A DNA stretch of 63,931 nt, counting the filler, from Olpidium bornovanus S191 (Eukaryota; Fungi; Olpidiomycota): NCBI GenBank assembly GCA_017911155.1. It is 32 parts of 32 records of this genome, joined end to end, with 100 filler letters (N's around TTAATTAATTAA, not from the genome) between each part and the next. Parts side by side here need not be neighbours in the genome. Positions count along the whole stretch, not along the records: positions 36,788 to 41,181 come from JAEFCI010008582.1; positions 41,282 to 42,903 come from JAEFCI010003347.1; positions 43,004 to 45,111 come from JAEFCI010006238.1; positions 45,212 to 46,276 come from JAEFCI010011340.1; positions 46,377 to 47,833 come from JAEFCI010009901.1; positions 47,934 to 51,454 come from JAEFCI010004212.1; 26 more parts are not named here. One strand, written 5' to 3'. Below the pieces are notes generated by a model. That model made no database searches, was not told where the DNA came from, and was given only the letters and a program-made list of their open reading frames with translations. The position numbers and the translations under genes were made by a program. Shown piece by piece: positions 37,748 to 48,376 of the stretch. The first letter of the stretch is position 1. Each line of letters opens with the position of its first letter.

Positions 37748-38717
37748 AGCGTAGCAGGTATGGGCAGCATAATTTGAAGAAGCAGCGCAGTACGAGGGAA
37801 GTTCGTGACCAAGAAGGTGCTTTTCTCGCGCTCGCGCTTTGCGGGGATGCCAGGTGCCAGAACGCCAGATGCCAAGTGGGAATTGCCGGATGCAAAGGGT
37901 CCGCCGCGCGGGGCCAACGGAAAAGAAGCCTACGGCGAGCGGGGCCCCAAACCCGGAGGATCAGGGCCGGACACGCCGAGGCAGTAAGGGGTTTCTCTCC
38001 CGTGGATCTCGACGGCGACCCGGCCACGGACATAGATATCTGCTGTCGCGCCTATCCCCCCCCCCCCACACACACACACCCACATACACATGCACACACG
38101 CATAAACCATCAGGCAGAAATTCGGTCGGCGGGGTCCGAACCGATGTGTTTATTGGAATTGTAAAACCGAATTGGATGACCGGATATTTCGACACTTCCG
38201 CCACGTTTCGTTAAGAGAGCGTTAGCGCTGCAAACGATGATGGACGGCATTCATCCGACAGGCACTCCAATTTCAGCACTGTCTCGTGCTTCCCGTCCGC
38301 GTCGATGCGTCATCATCCCCGCGCGGTCCTCGGCGGTAACCCCAAAACCGAGCGGATCTCCGACCTATCGTCACGGGAATAGAGGAACAGAGCTGGCTTG
38401 TCTCGATTATCGAATTATATGTCCGACGGGGGAGCTGCAAACGGAATTCGCGACGGTGAAACAAATCCGCCGCTGGGAAAGGGAAAAATAGTAGAAAAAA
38501 AAACCGGCGTTGAACTGGAAGAGACTGCTTAGGTATATCCCGGCTGACAGGAAACGATCTCCCGCTTTTTTTTTTTTTTTTTCTTGAGATGCTGATTCGT
38601 TGAAGCGCCGCTCGACGGGCCTTTATAAAAACGCCCGTCGAGCGAGGACGCGTGAGCGGGGGGGCCCGGACGGCGACAAGCTTCGCCGCGGGGCGGTTGC
38701 GGCCTCACTGATGCAAA

Positions 38718-39184
38718 TCAATACGGCAACCTGCTTTGGTAGGTAGACGGAGGAAACACGAACTGGACGCGGCCGGAGCCGGCGTCTTCGTCCCGGCGCT
38801 CGGGAAAGCCGGTCCGCCCTCCGCTTTGCGAGGCCGAGGCCGCGGCCGCGGGCGACGCGTCGTTCTCCTCGTCGTCGTAGAACGCGAGAGCAGGCTCTTC
38901 TTCCGTCCTGCGGGCGGCCGCCGCCGCGTCCTCGTCTTCTTGGGTGACCCCGAACACGGTGCGCCCCTGCCGGAGCTCGTACTTGCGGGAAGAGAACCAG
39001 TTCGTGATCACCGTGTACGTCCTCCCGAGCTTGCGGGCCAGCTCGCGTTTTGTTTCGGGCGACGGCTCTCTCGTTTTGACGAATACGGGGTAGAGGACCT
39101 CCAGGTCCTCCTCGGTGAATTTTCTGCGCAGCTTCGGGTCGAGCGAGATGTCGAGATCCAGGCTAGAATCGTCGTCGCCGTCGC

Positions 39185-39226
<42 letters not shown>

Positions 39227-39622
39227 ACGGTTCGACCGGTTCCGTGCAGAGTTGGCTCCGGACGCGGCGCCGGCCGCCGGACGAGGTCGGCGTTCGGGCC
39301 TGGGACGTCGGCGTCGGCGCCGCCGGCTCGCGCTTCACGCGCTTCCGGCGGCCGCTCGACGGCGGATCGCCGCGGGCCAAAGCCTGCTCCCGGGACGGCG
39401 ACTCGAAGAGGCCGTACGCGGCGGAGCCCCCGTCCAGGACGGCCTCGCCGTTCCGAAGCTTTTCGCGCTGCCTGGCGAACCAGGTGAAGACGGTGCGCAC
39501 CGGGAGGTCGAGCTCGTCGGCGAGCTGCCGGCGCTCCGCGAGGTCCGGGTGCTGGTTGACGACGAAAACCTGCACGAGCGCCTCGAACTGTTCGCCCGTC
39601 AGCGGTGGGAAAGGCTCCCCTC

Positions 39623-39654
<32 letters not shown>

Positions 39655-40115
39655 GTGCTCCGGCTGGCCCCGTCGTCCTCTTCGTCCCCGCTCTCGGTAG
39701 CGGCGGCGACGGCCTGCGGCGCGGAAGTCCGAGTCCTGAGCGACCTGAGGAAGTCGTCGGCGCTTTGGTTCTCGGCCGCCGCCGTCGCCGCCGCAGTCGC
39801 CGCCGCCACCGTCTTCGCTGCGCGGCCGCCGCGCCCGCCGCCGCCGCCGCGCCCGTGCCCGCGGCCGCCTCGCCGCCCGCGGGTCGCCTTTTCCCGGACG
39901 TCCGCGACTCCGGGCGAAGGGCAGGGGTAGTCTCTCGAACCGCCTTCGCCTTCCGGACTGCGCTCTGAGGCCCGGCCGCCGCTCCAGACGCGTCCCGAAG
40001 CAAAGGCGAGGCCCGTCGGGGAGATCCTCCCCGCGTCGGTCAGCGCGCCGCCGGGGATGATTTCCACGCCGCGGGCGCCGGCGCGCTTTGGCGAGCGCGG
40101 CGCAGCGCTGTACAT
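38718..40115 (-). CDS. Double-homeodomain protein (apparently intronless)
   Basis: HD1 (~39610-39450) LTGEQFEALVQVFVVNQHPDLAERRQLADELDLPVRTVFTWFARQR; HD2 (~39130-38965) RRKFTEEDLEVLYPVFVKTREPSPETKRELARKLGRTYTVITNWFSSRK. The start at ATG 40115 is tentative. Confidence 0.85.
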
Positions 40116-40587
40116 TCCTTGGTGTTTTGCGGCGCGGCTGGTGGGAAGCGGCGCCTTTGCCAGTTTCGGGGCGTCTTGGTCAAGATTTTCCTGGCTGCGA
40201 TTATTTTTTTTGGGTGGCCAGGCCGGGCAAACTCTCCCCACGGCCCTTTCCCTCCGCGGCCTCCCTTTCCCCCCCCCCCACCCTCACTTCCCAGAGCGCA
40301 ACGCCCCCGAAGGTCGGGAACCCGGTTTGCGTTTTCGCACCTGCCGCTTGCTCAGTCTCATCAAATGATCGCCGGTTCGCTGTGGCGGGGAGCAAGAGCG
40401 GGGCGGGGGGGGCCGGCGGGGGGGAGTTGCGAAGGGGGAGGGAGGGGGGATTTGGAGAGCGATGGTGGGGTCCGCCGCGCAGTTGGCTTATCGTCGGCCA
40501 ATAAAAAGGAGCAACGTACGAGAGAATGGATGCGAGTGCGGGAGCGATTATGCTCATATGTTAAACTTATTGTCACGCGGTGTACCG

Positions 40588-41056
40588 CTACGTGGAACAC
40601 GCCGCGCGCGTCTCCTCGGCGATCCGGCGGTCCTTGGCATCGTTGATTTCTTGGCTTGTCGGAAATCCGATGTCCCAAAACCGCGGAGGAGTGCTTGGCG
40701 GGAGGTACAGGTGCCGGTGGCGCGAAACCTTCTGGATGCGGTCCTGAAAGAACGCTTCGTCGTCGGCTTCCGTGGCCCAGCCGCCGTCGCCGTCGCCGAG
40801 GGTGTGGTGGTGTCGGTGATCCACGTACTGGGGGTCGACGGCCGGTCGCAGGATTCCCGCAGCTCTGTAGAACTGGTGCGGCGAACGGTCGTCGCTGTCG
40901 TTCAGCCAGCCGGAAACCCGACTCGTAGCCCGCACTGCTTGGGAGAGCGACTCACATCAATGCAGTGGTCGCAGGCTACTCCATGTAGGTGCCTCCGGGC
41001 GTGCTTCCCGCGGACAACTTCGTCGAACTTGTAGTGGTCGCCAAGCCGAAGAGCCT
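40588..41056 (-). CDS. SAE2: DNA end-resection factor Sae2/Ctp1/CtIP, C-terminal domain (5' truncated)
   Basis: Exons 41056-40956 and 40872-40588: YKFDEVVRGKHARRHLHGVACDHCID|FYRAAG...IQKVSRHRHLYLPPSTPPRFWDIGFPTSQE. Shows the CxxC, RHR and TPP.FW...FP.TQE motifs of this family. Confidence 0.92.
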
Positions 41057-41831
41057 CTGCCATGCCAGAAGATCGACGGCGGTAGGACCGAGGATATCGG
41101 CTCGGCCTTTCGGGAATACACAACGGATGAGCAAATCGTCATTTTTTACACGTACCGGACCGGCGATCGACACGTACCGCGNNNNNNNNNNNNNNNNNNN
41201 NNNNNNNNNNNNNNNNNNNNNNNNNTTAATTAATTAANNNNNNNNNNNNNNNNNNNNNNNNNNNNNNNNNNNNNNNNNNNNCATGTCAAACTTAGCGGGT
41301 TCTGCAGAGACAGAGACCGTTGCCCAGAAAGCGCCAGGTGGTTTGACTAGTCCCCTATTTATTTATTTATTTATTTTCGAAAAAAAAAGAACCCCCATTA
41401 CGCGGATGGCACTTGGATCCTGACGTCGCGGGATTGAGATTGTTATCCCAGTGGCTTCAAACGTTTCTCAAAAAGCGTGGCGGTAGAAAGTGGACTTTCC
41501 CGCCCGCTCTCTGTCCCTCGCTGTCTCACTCACTTTCGCTCTCTCTCTCTCTCTCCCTCTTTCTCTCTCAGCGCCACCTTCCCCTTCTTCCCCTTTTCCC
41601 GCCTCCCGCCGACCCCTCTGGCCCCCCTCCCACTCTCCCTCCCGGGCTTTCCCCCGCTTCCCCCTGCTCCCGCCCGGGTCTGAACTCTCCCCACGAGACA
41701 ACCTCGAACGCACAGAGAGTGACGGAGAGAGGGAGAGACAGACAGACAGACAGACGGACACACGGCTGGAGCAGAGCAGAGTGAGAAGGGGACTTAGCGA
41801 CAGCAGAGAGAGCACACACGCCAGAGATCTC

Positions 41832-42903
41832 ATGGGGACCGAAGACCCCGCTTCTACCACCCACCACGTCCCCGCCGAGGCGGGCGCCGGGGGCGGACGC
41901 CGCCCGGCGAACAAGGTCGGCACGCGCCCTTTTCCCTTTTCCCGGAAAAGGCGAGGGAGCGAGAGAGAGTGTGCGGTTGAGAAAGAGGGAGAAGTGAGAG
42001 TGAGGGAGAGAGAGAAAGAGAGAAAGAGGGGAGAACGGGCGAGCGAGAGGGAGAAAAACGCGGTGGCTGTGGCGGCCGTTTGCGCGTCCCTCTCCTTCTT
42101 CTCTGCTTTCTTAAAGGTTACCGGTTGCGGCAAAAGTCGCCTTTCATCGCCCGATTCGGGCCTCCTTTTTCTAGCAGTAGTCACTACGCACCCGTGTTGC
42201 GCGCGGAGACTCTGCAGCCTCCTTGCGTGCGGCCGGCGAGTTTACGGACTAGCAATCTCTTGGAGATGACCCGAATGTGACGCCACCTGTTGACACTCGG
42301 TCATACTTTGAGAGTGTTTTCACACCCTGAACGGTCTCTTTTTCGTTCGTTTTCTCAACCCCAACAAGATCATGGTCGCAGTCGATCTCAGCGGTGCATC
42401 AGACAAGGCGCTTCGCTTCGCCTGCGAAAAGCTGGTGCACGAAGGGGATGAGCTGGTCGTCGTCCACCTGATCCAGACAGAGGTAAAAAGCTGAAGTGGT
42501 TTGACGTTTTCCGAGACGCGACTGGCAACCTGTGCAGTCCGGATCGGCCTCACAGAAAACACCCGCACATTGCCGCCGTCCTTACGCAGGTTGACCTCAG
42601 TGACTACTTCTACTCCGGCCTCGACATCAGCCCAGAGCAATTGAAGGCCGAGTTGAAAGGGGAGGTAGGAATGTTTGTTTTGGGCGCAGCGGTGAAATAT
42701 CGCCGTAGACGTTCGTTTGAATGCAGCGGCGAAATACCTGAGGACGGCGAAGATTTGCTCGAGTTGGTCTCATTGTAGCACCTTGCAGGCCCAGTACAAA
42801 GCGGACGGCATCCTCCGCATAGCGCAGGCCGTCTGCCGCGAGGCGGGCGTGCACGGCATCAAGATCCGGGTGCACGTCGAGAGGTCATTTGGCAAAGACA
42901 TGC
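41832..42903 (+). CDS. Universal stress protein (USP/UspA family), 3' truncated
   Basis: MGTEDP...RRPANK|IMVAVDLSGASDKALRFACEKLVHEGDELVVVHL...|VDLSDYFYSG...|AQYKADGILRIAQAVCREAGVHGIKIRVHVE; typical USP N-terminal motif. Confidence 0.82.
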
Positions 42904-43270
42904 NNNNNNNNNNNNNNNNNNNNNNNNNNNNNNNNNNNNNNNNNNNNTTAATTAATTAANNNNNNNNNNNNNNNNNNNNNNNNNNNNNNNNNNNNNNNNN
43001 NNNGCTACACGGACCTCCAGAATCCTGTACTCAACGTACACCAGACCCAGATCCAGAGCTAGACGGCGAATACAATTAATCTCCAGGTAGCGCTACGCGC
43101 AGATTAAGTATTTCGCACGTTACAAGCGGCGGCGGCGGTTGGCGGAAGAGAGAGAGAGAAGCGCCGGCGATGGCGGCGGCGCCCCTCAGCGAAGCGAGAA
43201 GCGTCGACGGGGCCGAAGGCGAGAAGCGTTGAGGGGGCTGTGCGTCAATGGTGCCGGCCGTCAGAGTCCG

Positions 43271-43378
43271 GTTGGGCTCATAACCTGTGAAAGTTATGTG
43301 TTTCGCCGTCTGTGCCTCGGCAAGGCGGCAGACGCGTTCGCGTTTACTAAAGGAAGGAAAAATTAACTATTGTAAACA
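43271..43378 (-). mobile_element. Ty1/copia-type short 5' LTR plus half-tRNA-iMet primer-binding site (leftward)
   Basis: Minus strand reads TGTTTACA...CTTTCACA (43378-43286, 93 bp) immediately followed by GGTTATGAGCCCAAC, which is complementary to the tRNA-iMet anticodon arm GGGCUCAUAACC. Confidence 0.6.
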
Positions 43379-43409
43379 TTCAGGGGTTCCAACTATACTG
43401 TCCAACAAT

Positions 43410-43910
43410 ATTTTGTTCCAGGATCCCCGTTAGCATCAGACTCAGAAATCCTGTCAGAACCATTCCTTCAAAATCTCTGTCAGATTCTGCATCAAAATCC
43501 CCATCAGATTCAGCTTCAAAATCTTAGTCAGGTCTGATCAGAACTTGATGATCAGTAGCTCAGGCAGTCCTCTAGTGCTCCTCTCCTATCCTCAAAATCT
43601 CCGTCAAATTCTGCGTCAGAAGTCCCGTCAGATTCTGCATCAAAATCCCTGTGTCAGAATTTCCTTCAGATTCCACGTCAGAATCCTCGTCAAATTTCCA
43701 CATCAGAATCCCTCTCAGATTCCACGTCTGAATCCGCTTCGGATTCCGTGTCAGCATCCACGTCAATGTATTTCCCAAATTTTTGGTATAACGGCACGCA
43801 CTCCGTAAGATTCCACCACAAAATCTCGGTTAGATTCTGCGTTAAAATCTGCATCAGATTCTACTTCAGAATCTCCTTCCGACTCTGGTCAAAATTTTTT
43901 CAGGTTCAGA
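43410..43910 (-). repeat. Degenerate 12-bp minisatellite encoding broken D/E/S-rich repeats
   Basis: Plus-strand units such as TCAGATTCTGCA, TCAAAATCCCCA, TCAGAATCCTCG. The minus strand translates YIDVDADTESEADSDVESERDSDVE and FDEDSDVESEGNSDT, with frameshifts and stops. Confidence 0.8.
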
Positions 43911-44280
43911 ATCTAGATATTCTTTTAAAAAATGAAAGGTGCCCATCCATCAGACTTATTGTGTTAACTTTACCCTAAACTGATCGCTTCACACCAGCCA
44001 ACGAAAAGTTAAAGGTGTGGCTGCTGCTGAAAAAATCCCTGGGAGAGAAAGAGTGAGAGACAGATCATTATGAGGTGTAAGATCAGGTGTAACCCTGGCG
44101 CTATCTCTGAGGGAGCAGAGTTCTGCAATGTGTAAGTAATTTGAAGTGAAAGAAATACAATTAGTACTATTTTCGTAATTTTACGAGCGGCCTGTTTTCA
44201 AGATCCTGTAATTCTATCTGGCACCGTTTGATAGCTCCTGTCAAGTACCAAAGTACCATAAGCGTGCCGAGTTTCGAAAT

Positions 44281-44413
44281 TGTTGTCAGAATTCAGACTT
44301 GCCAATCACGTGACCCCCCTCCGGCTGTTGTAACCGTGTAGTCACAGTACTTCCCTCTTATCCCGCAGTCCCGAATAAACCACAAAGGCTTTTCTCACAG
44401 GTTATGAACCCAA
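44281..44413 (+). mobile_element. Ty1/copia-type short 5' LTR plus primer-binding site (rightward)
   Basis: TGTTGT start (44281 or 44326)...AATAAA...TTTCTCACA (ends 44399), followed directly by GGTTATGAACCCAAG (one mismatch to GGTTATGAGCCC). Confidence 0.6.
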
Positions 44414-44439
44414 GGGCACCCTGCCCGTGAGCATCCCAG

Positions 44440-45030
44440 AGCCATCCGCCGCCATCGCCGCGCGCGCAGAAGAGGAGCAGAAGAAGGAGCGCCGCCGCCA
44501 TCGCAGCGCGCACCGCTGCGCACCCGCCGCCGCGACGCACCACCGCCGCACGCGCAGAAGAGGAGCCGCACCACCGCGCGCACCGCAGCGCGTCCACCGC
44601 CGCGCGCCCACCGCCGTGCAGAAGGAAAGGAGCGCCGCCACCGCCGCACAGAAGAGAAGGACCACCGCCGCCATCGCCGCGCGCGCAGAAATGGTGCCAT
44701 CCGCCGCGCAACCACCGCCGCGCAACCGCCGCGCAACTGCCGCGCAACCACCGCCGCGCAACTGCCGCGCAACCGCCGCGCGCCACCACCGCCACCGGCC
44801 CACCACTGCCACTGCTTCCCACCATCTCGGCGACACGCAGTACGCCAACCGGCACGCCACCGCCGCTGCTTCCCGCCATCTCGGCGACACGCAGCACCCC
44901 CCCAGCCGCCACCAAGAACTCTGAGAAGTTGTCTCCATCTCACCCCCGTTCTTCTTTACGAGAGCTCCAGGCGCCACCAAGAACTCTGAAAAGTTTCCTC
45001 CATCTCACCCCCGTTCTTCTTTACGAAGAG
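44440..45030 (+). repeat. Nested GC-rich tandem repeats downstream of the PBS
   Basis: Repeated GCCGCCATCGCCGCGCGCGCAGAA, CCGCCGCGCAAC units, a duplicated CCATCTCGGCGACACGCAG, and two ~61-bp copies of GCCACCAAGAACTCTGA.AAGTT..CTCCATCTCACCCCCGTTCTTCTTTACGA. Confidence 0.85.
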
Positions 45031-45242
45031 AACGGGGCAGCGGGCAAGTGCTGAAGAAAACAAAAGCCCTCAAAATTGAACTTCCCTGACTTCAGAACAC
45101 TAAGCCGTCAANNNNNNNNNNNNNNNNNNNNNNNNNNNNNNNNNNNNNNNNNNNNTTAATTAATTAANNNNNNNNNNNNNNNNNNNNNNNNNNNNNNNNN
45201 NNNNNNNNNNNAAAATTTTCGGGGGGGGGGGGGGGGGGGCCC

Positions 45243-45290
<48 letters not shown>

Positions 45291-45710
45291 CGCGTTCGCG
45301 TTCGCGGCAATGGGGCTCCTCGCAAAGACCTGCAGTTTCGCTCGCCCGGGGCCGCCGCCGCCCGCCCCTTCCCCTCCCCTTCCTTCCGGCTGCCGACCGG
45401 GCGCAACGGTGAAACGCACCACACAGGCGACGCGCGCAACTCGGCCCACTTTTGACGACAGCGCTCCCGTCCCGCCTGAGTAACGCTGCAGGGAGTTGAA
45501 CGGCGGAGACGACGGCGCAATTGCGCGAGGGGGGTGGTTGTCTGTAATGCGCCGCTCCTTCTTAGCCCTTGGCGAATGTTCTCTGCGTCGCGCGTCCGCT
45601 CGCGCGGAAGGCAAGAAACGGGGTCTGGGCGGAGCGGGAGTGGGGAGGAAGAGGAGAAGGAGGGTGGGGAGAGGGCGGGGCGGGGGGGGAGGGGGGGGGG
45701 GGGGGGGGAG

Positions 45711-45761
<51 letters not shown>

Positions 45762-46222
45762 CGCAACCGCAGCCGAACCTTGAGACAGGAAGGCGCAGGC
45801 GATGGCGGAGATGCTGCGCACGAGGCGACACGGGAAGCAGAGTTGAAAGCCGGCGTGTTTCACAAGGCTCCGCGAGGGCGTTGTCGTACGCGCTTCGTCT
45901 ACTTTTACTCTGTTTTGGAAGAGGGATTCCCCACCCCGCGGGAGCAGTCACGTGACCTCAACCCGACGCGTTGGCGCAGCCGCATTTTCGTTATTAATTT
46001 TTCTGCGTGGCGGGCCGCCCCTTTCGTCCGCCGCTCCCGCGCCGGCCCTCCCGCGGCAAACCCGTCCCTCTCCTCCCCTCCCGCCCACCCCCGCCTGGCG
46101 CGCCCGCGCCCGCCTCTCTTTCACGAACGGACCCCGATACGCGAGAAGTCGGGAGGAAGGGACGAGGGCCCGAACGGAGAGCAGGAGAATATTGGGCGGG
46201 GAAAGGGCGGTAAAAGCAAAAG

Positions 46223-46262
<40 letters not shown>

Positions 46263-46376
46263 CCTTTTTTTCCCTGNNNNNNNNNNNNNNNNNNNNNNNN
46301 NNNNNNNNNNNNNNNNNNNNTTAATTAATTAANNNNNNNNNNNNNNNNNNNNNNNNNNNNNNNNNNNNNNNNNNNN

Positions 46377-47541
46377 CATGCACGCAGGCGCTCGTCTCGC
46401 GGGTCCGCGGGCAGCCGGGACCCGACCGCTAACGTCATTGCCTCCGTCGCGCCGGGCGTGACGGTCGCCCAAAACGCGGGCCGCTCGGCCTCGACTCTGC
46501 TGAGCCATATTTACGGGAACAGGAACGTTGGTAACGTCCTTTTGAAGCCTATCGACCCCGCGGACTATGGAAAGAAGTGCCTCGTTCTGGACCTGGACGA
46601 GACGCTGGTGCACAGCAGCTTCAAGGTCAGCGTTTTCCTAAATCCTGCCGAATTCCATTCGTTACTTTGCTGATCCTCCCTTCCGGTCGAAACATCGAGC
46701 AGCTGATTCCACAAGCCGACTTTGTCGTGCCGGTGGAGATCGAGCAAATGGTGCACAACGTGTACGTTATCAAGCGTCCCGGCGTGGATGAATTCCTGCG
46801 GCGAATGGGTGATCTGTTTGAAATTGTTGTCTTCACTGCGAGCTTGGCAAAGGTGAGCTATCTGAACACATTTTCTATATTTTTGTTTTTCTTTTTGTTT
46901 TTTTTGTTTTTTTTTTTGGTTTTTTTGGTTTTTTTTTGGTTTTTTGGATTTTTTTGGTTTTTGGATTTTTTTTCTTTTTGGTTTCTTTTGTTTATTGGTT
47001 TCTGTTATTTTTTCCTGTCCCTTTATCTTCATCGTCGGCGTCCAATTCTCGTCGCCAACCGGTTTATTTTCTTTGCGTGCATAAGTACGCCGATCCCGTG
47101 ATAGACATGCTAGACAGGCATAAGGTTGTTAAGCACCGCCTTTTCCGGGAGAGTTGCTATAACCACAAAGGCAACTACGTAAAAGTACGTCTTCGTGCCG
47201 TGGTGTCCGCGAAAGCAGACATACTTCCCGTCGCCCGACGGTCGGTTATCGCGGCGCGACATGTTCCTCCTTCAGGGTTCGTGGTGTTTAACCCGTGTTT
47301 GCCCGGGGTGTTTCAATAATCTTTTTTCCAGGACCTCTCGCAGCTCGGCCGCGACCTGCGATCCGTCATCATCATCGACAACTCGCCCGCTTCGTACTTA
47401 TTCCACCCGTCGAACGCGGTCCCGATTTCCTCTTGGTTCAACGACCTGCTCGACTCGGAGCTTCTTGAGCTTGTTCCTTTCCTCGATGACCTGACCCGCG
47501 TTGAGAACGTTACGGTCGTACTAGACCAGGGGAACGAGTAA
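46377..47541 (+). CDS. CTD small phosphatase (Psr1/Psr2, SCP1-like HAD phosphatase), 5' truncated
   Basis: Exons to 46625, 46703-46852, 47086-47184, 47332-47541: [18 protein letters not shown]...[13 protein letters not shown]...VFTASLAK|[10 protein letters not shown]...RLFRESC...YVK|[34 protein letters not shown]. Confidence 0.95.
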
Positions 47542-48127
47542 CCCTTCCCCCACTCCCATCCCGTGGAATTCAGACGCACGGGAAGGCGCTACGGGCTATT
47601 TTTCATAAAGTTGTTTTTGCAAAGCAGTTTCCTAACACCCCACTTCCCCACCCCCCCTCCCCCCACCTTCGGCTTCAATAGAGCCGTCATGACGTGGTCA
47701 GAATTCTTGGCAGCTTGCGCGGAAGGAGCGGGTGGAGTGCCTAGCCGGATGATGGGTGTTGTTCGCCGAAAGCGGGTTCCCTTTGAGGGACCGGTTGCCC
47801 GCGTGACTGCCACGAGCTGGGCCGATGGGGGACNNNNNNNNNNNNNNNNNNNNNNNNNNNNNNNNNNNNNNNNNNNNTTAATTAATTAANNNNNNNNNNN
47901 NNNNNNNNNNNNNNNNNNNNNNNNNNNNNNNNNCATGGGACGAGATCTGTATCCGGGACAAATGGCGAAGATGGTGGCGGCATTGGCATCTTGGTAATTA
48001 CGCCGGTGCTTGGAATGCAGGGTCGCGATTGCCGCGTACATTTGCCGACTTGCCGCGTCGCGGTATAAGAGCTGGTGCCGATTTTTCTCTAACGGTTACA
48101 CTCTTGGTGCGTTTTGTCCTCCGCAGG

Positions 48128-48376
48128 TCAGCCAATTCAGAGGCCACGTTGGCTATGGTAGACCAAAAGATTGCGTACGTGACGAACCAGGCCGGTCGGA
48201 ACAAGTCGGAGAAGGAGGCGTACGAGAAGCGGATCGAGGAGTTGACGGCCGCGTTGACCGCCAAGAAGAAGGCATCTTCTTTTCAGGACGGCCCGTCGGC
48301 CGTTGGAGGGGCCGCGTACCAGTCCCCGGAGTACCAAGAGGAGGCAATGCGGTCGCGATTGCAGAAAAGGTCATAG
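48128..48376 (+). CDS. Last exon of a hypothetical coiled-coil protein
   Basis: After a CAG acceptor: ATLAMVDQKIAYVTNQAGRNKSEKEAYEKRIEELTAALTAKKK...RSRLQKRS*. Family not recognised. Confidence 0.4.
   Translation, partial: SANSEATLAMVDQKIAYVTNQAGRNKSEKEAYEKRIEELTAALTAKKKASSFQDGPSAVGGAAYQSPEYQEEAMRSRLQKRS

Noticed and set aside
43274-43285. tRNA-iMet gene (GGGCTCATAACC)
   Set aside because: Only the anticodon arm matches; there are no D/T arms, A/B boxes or acceptor stem. Better explained as a PBS on the opposite strand.
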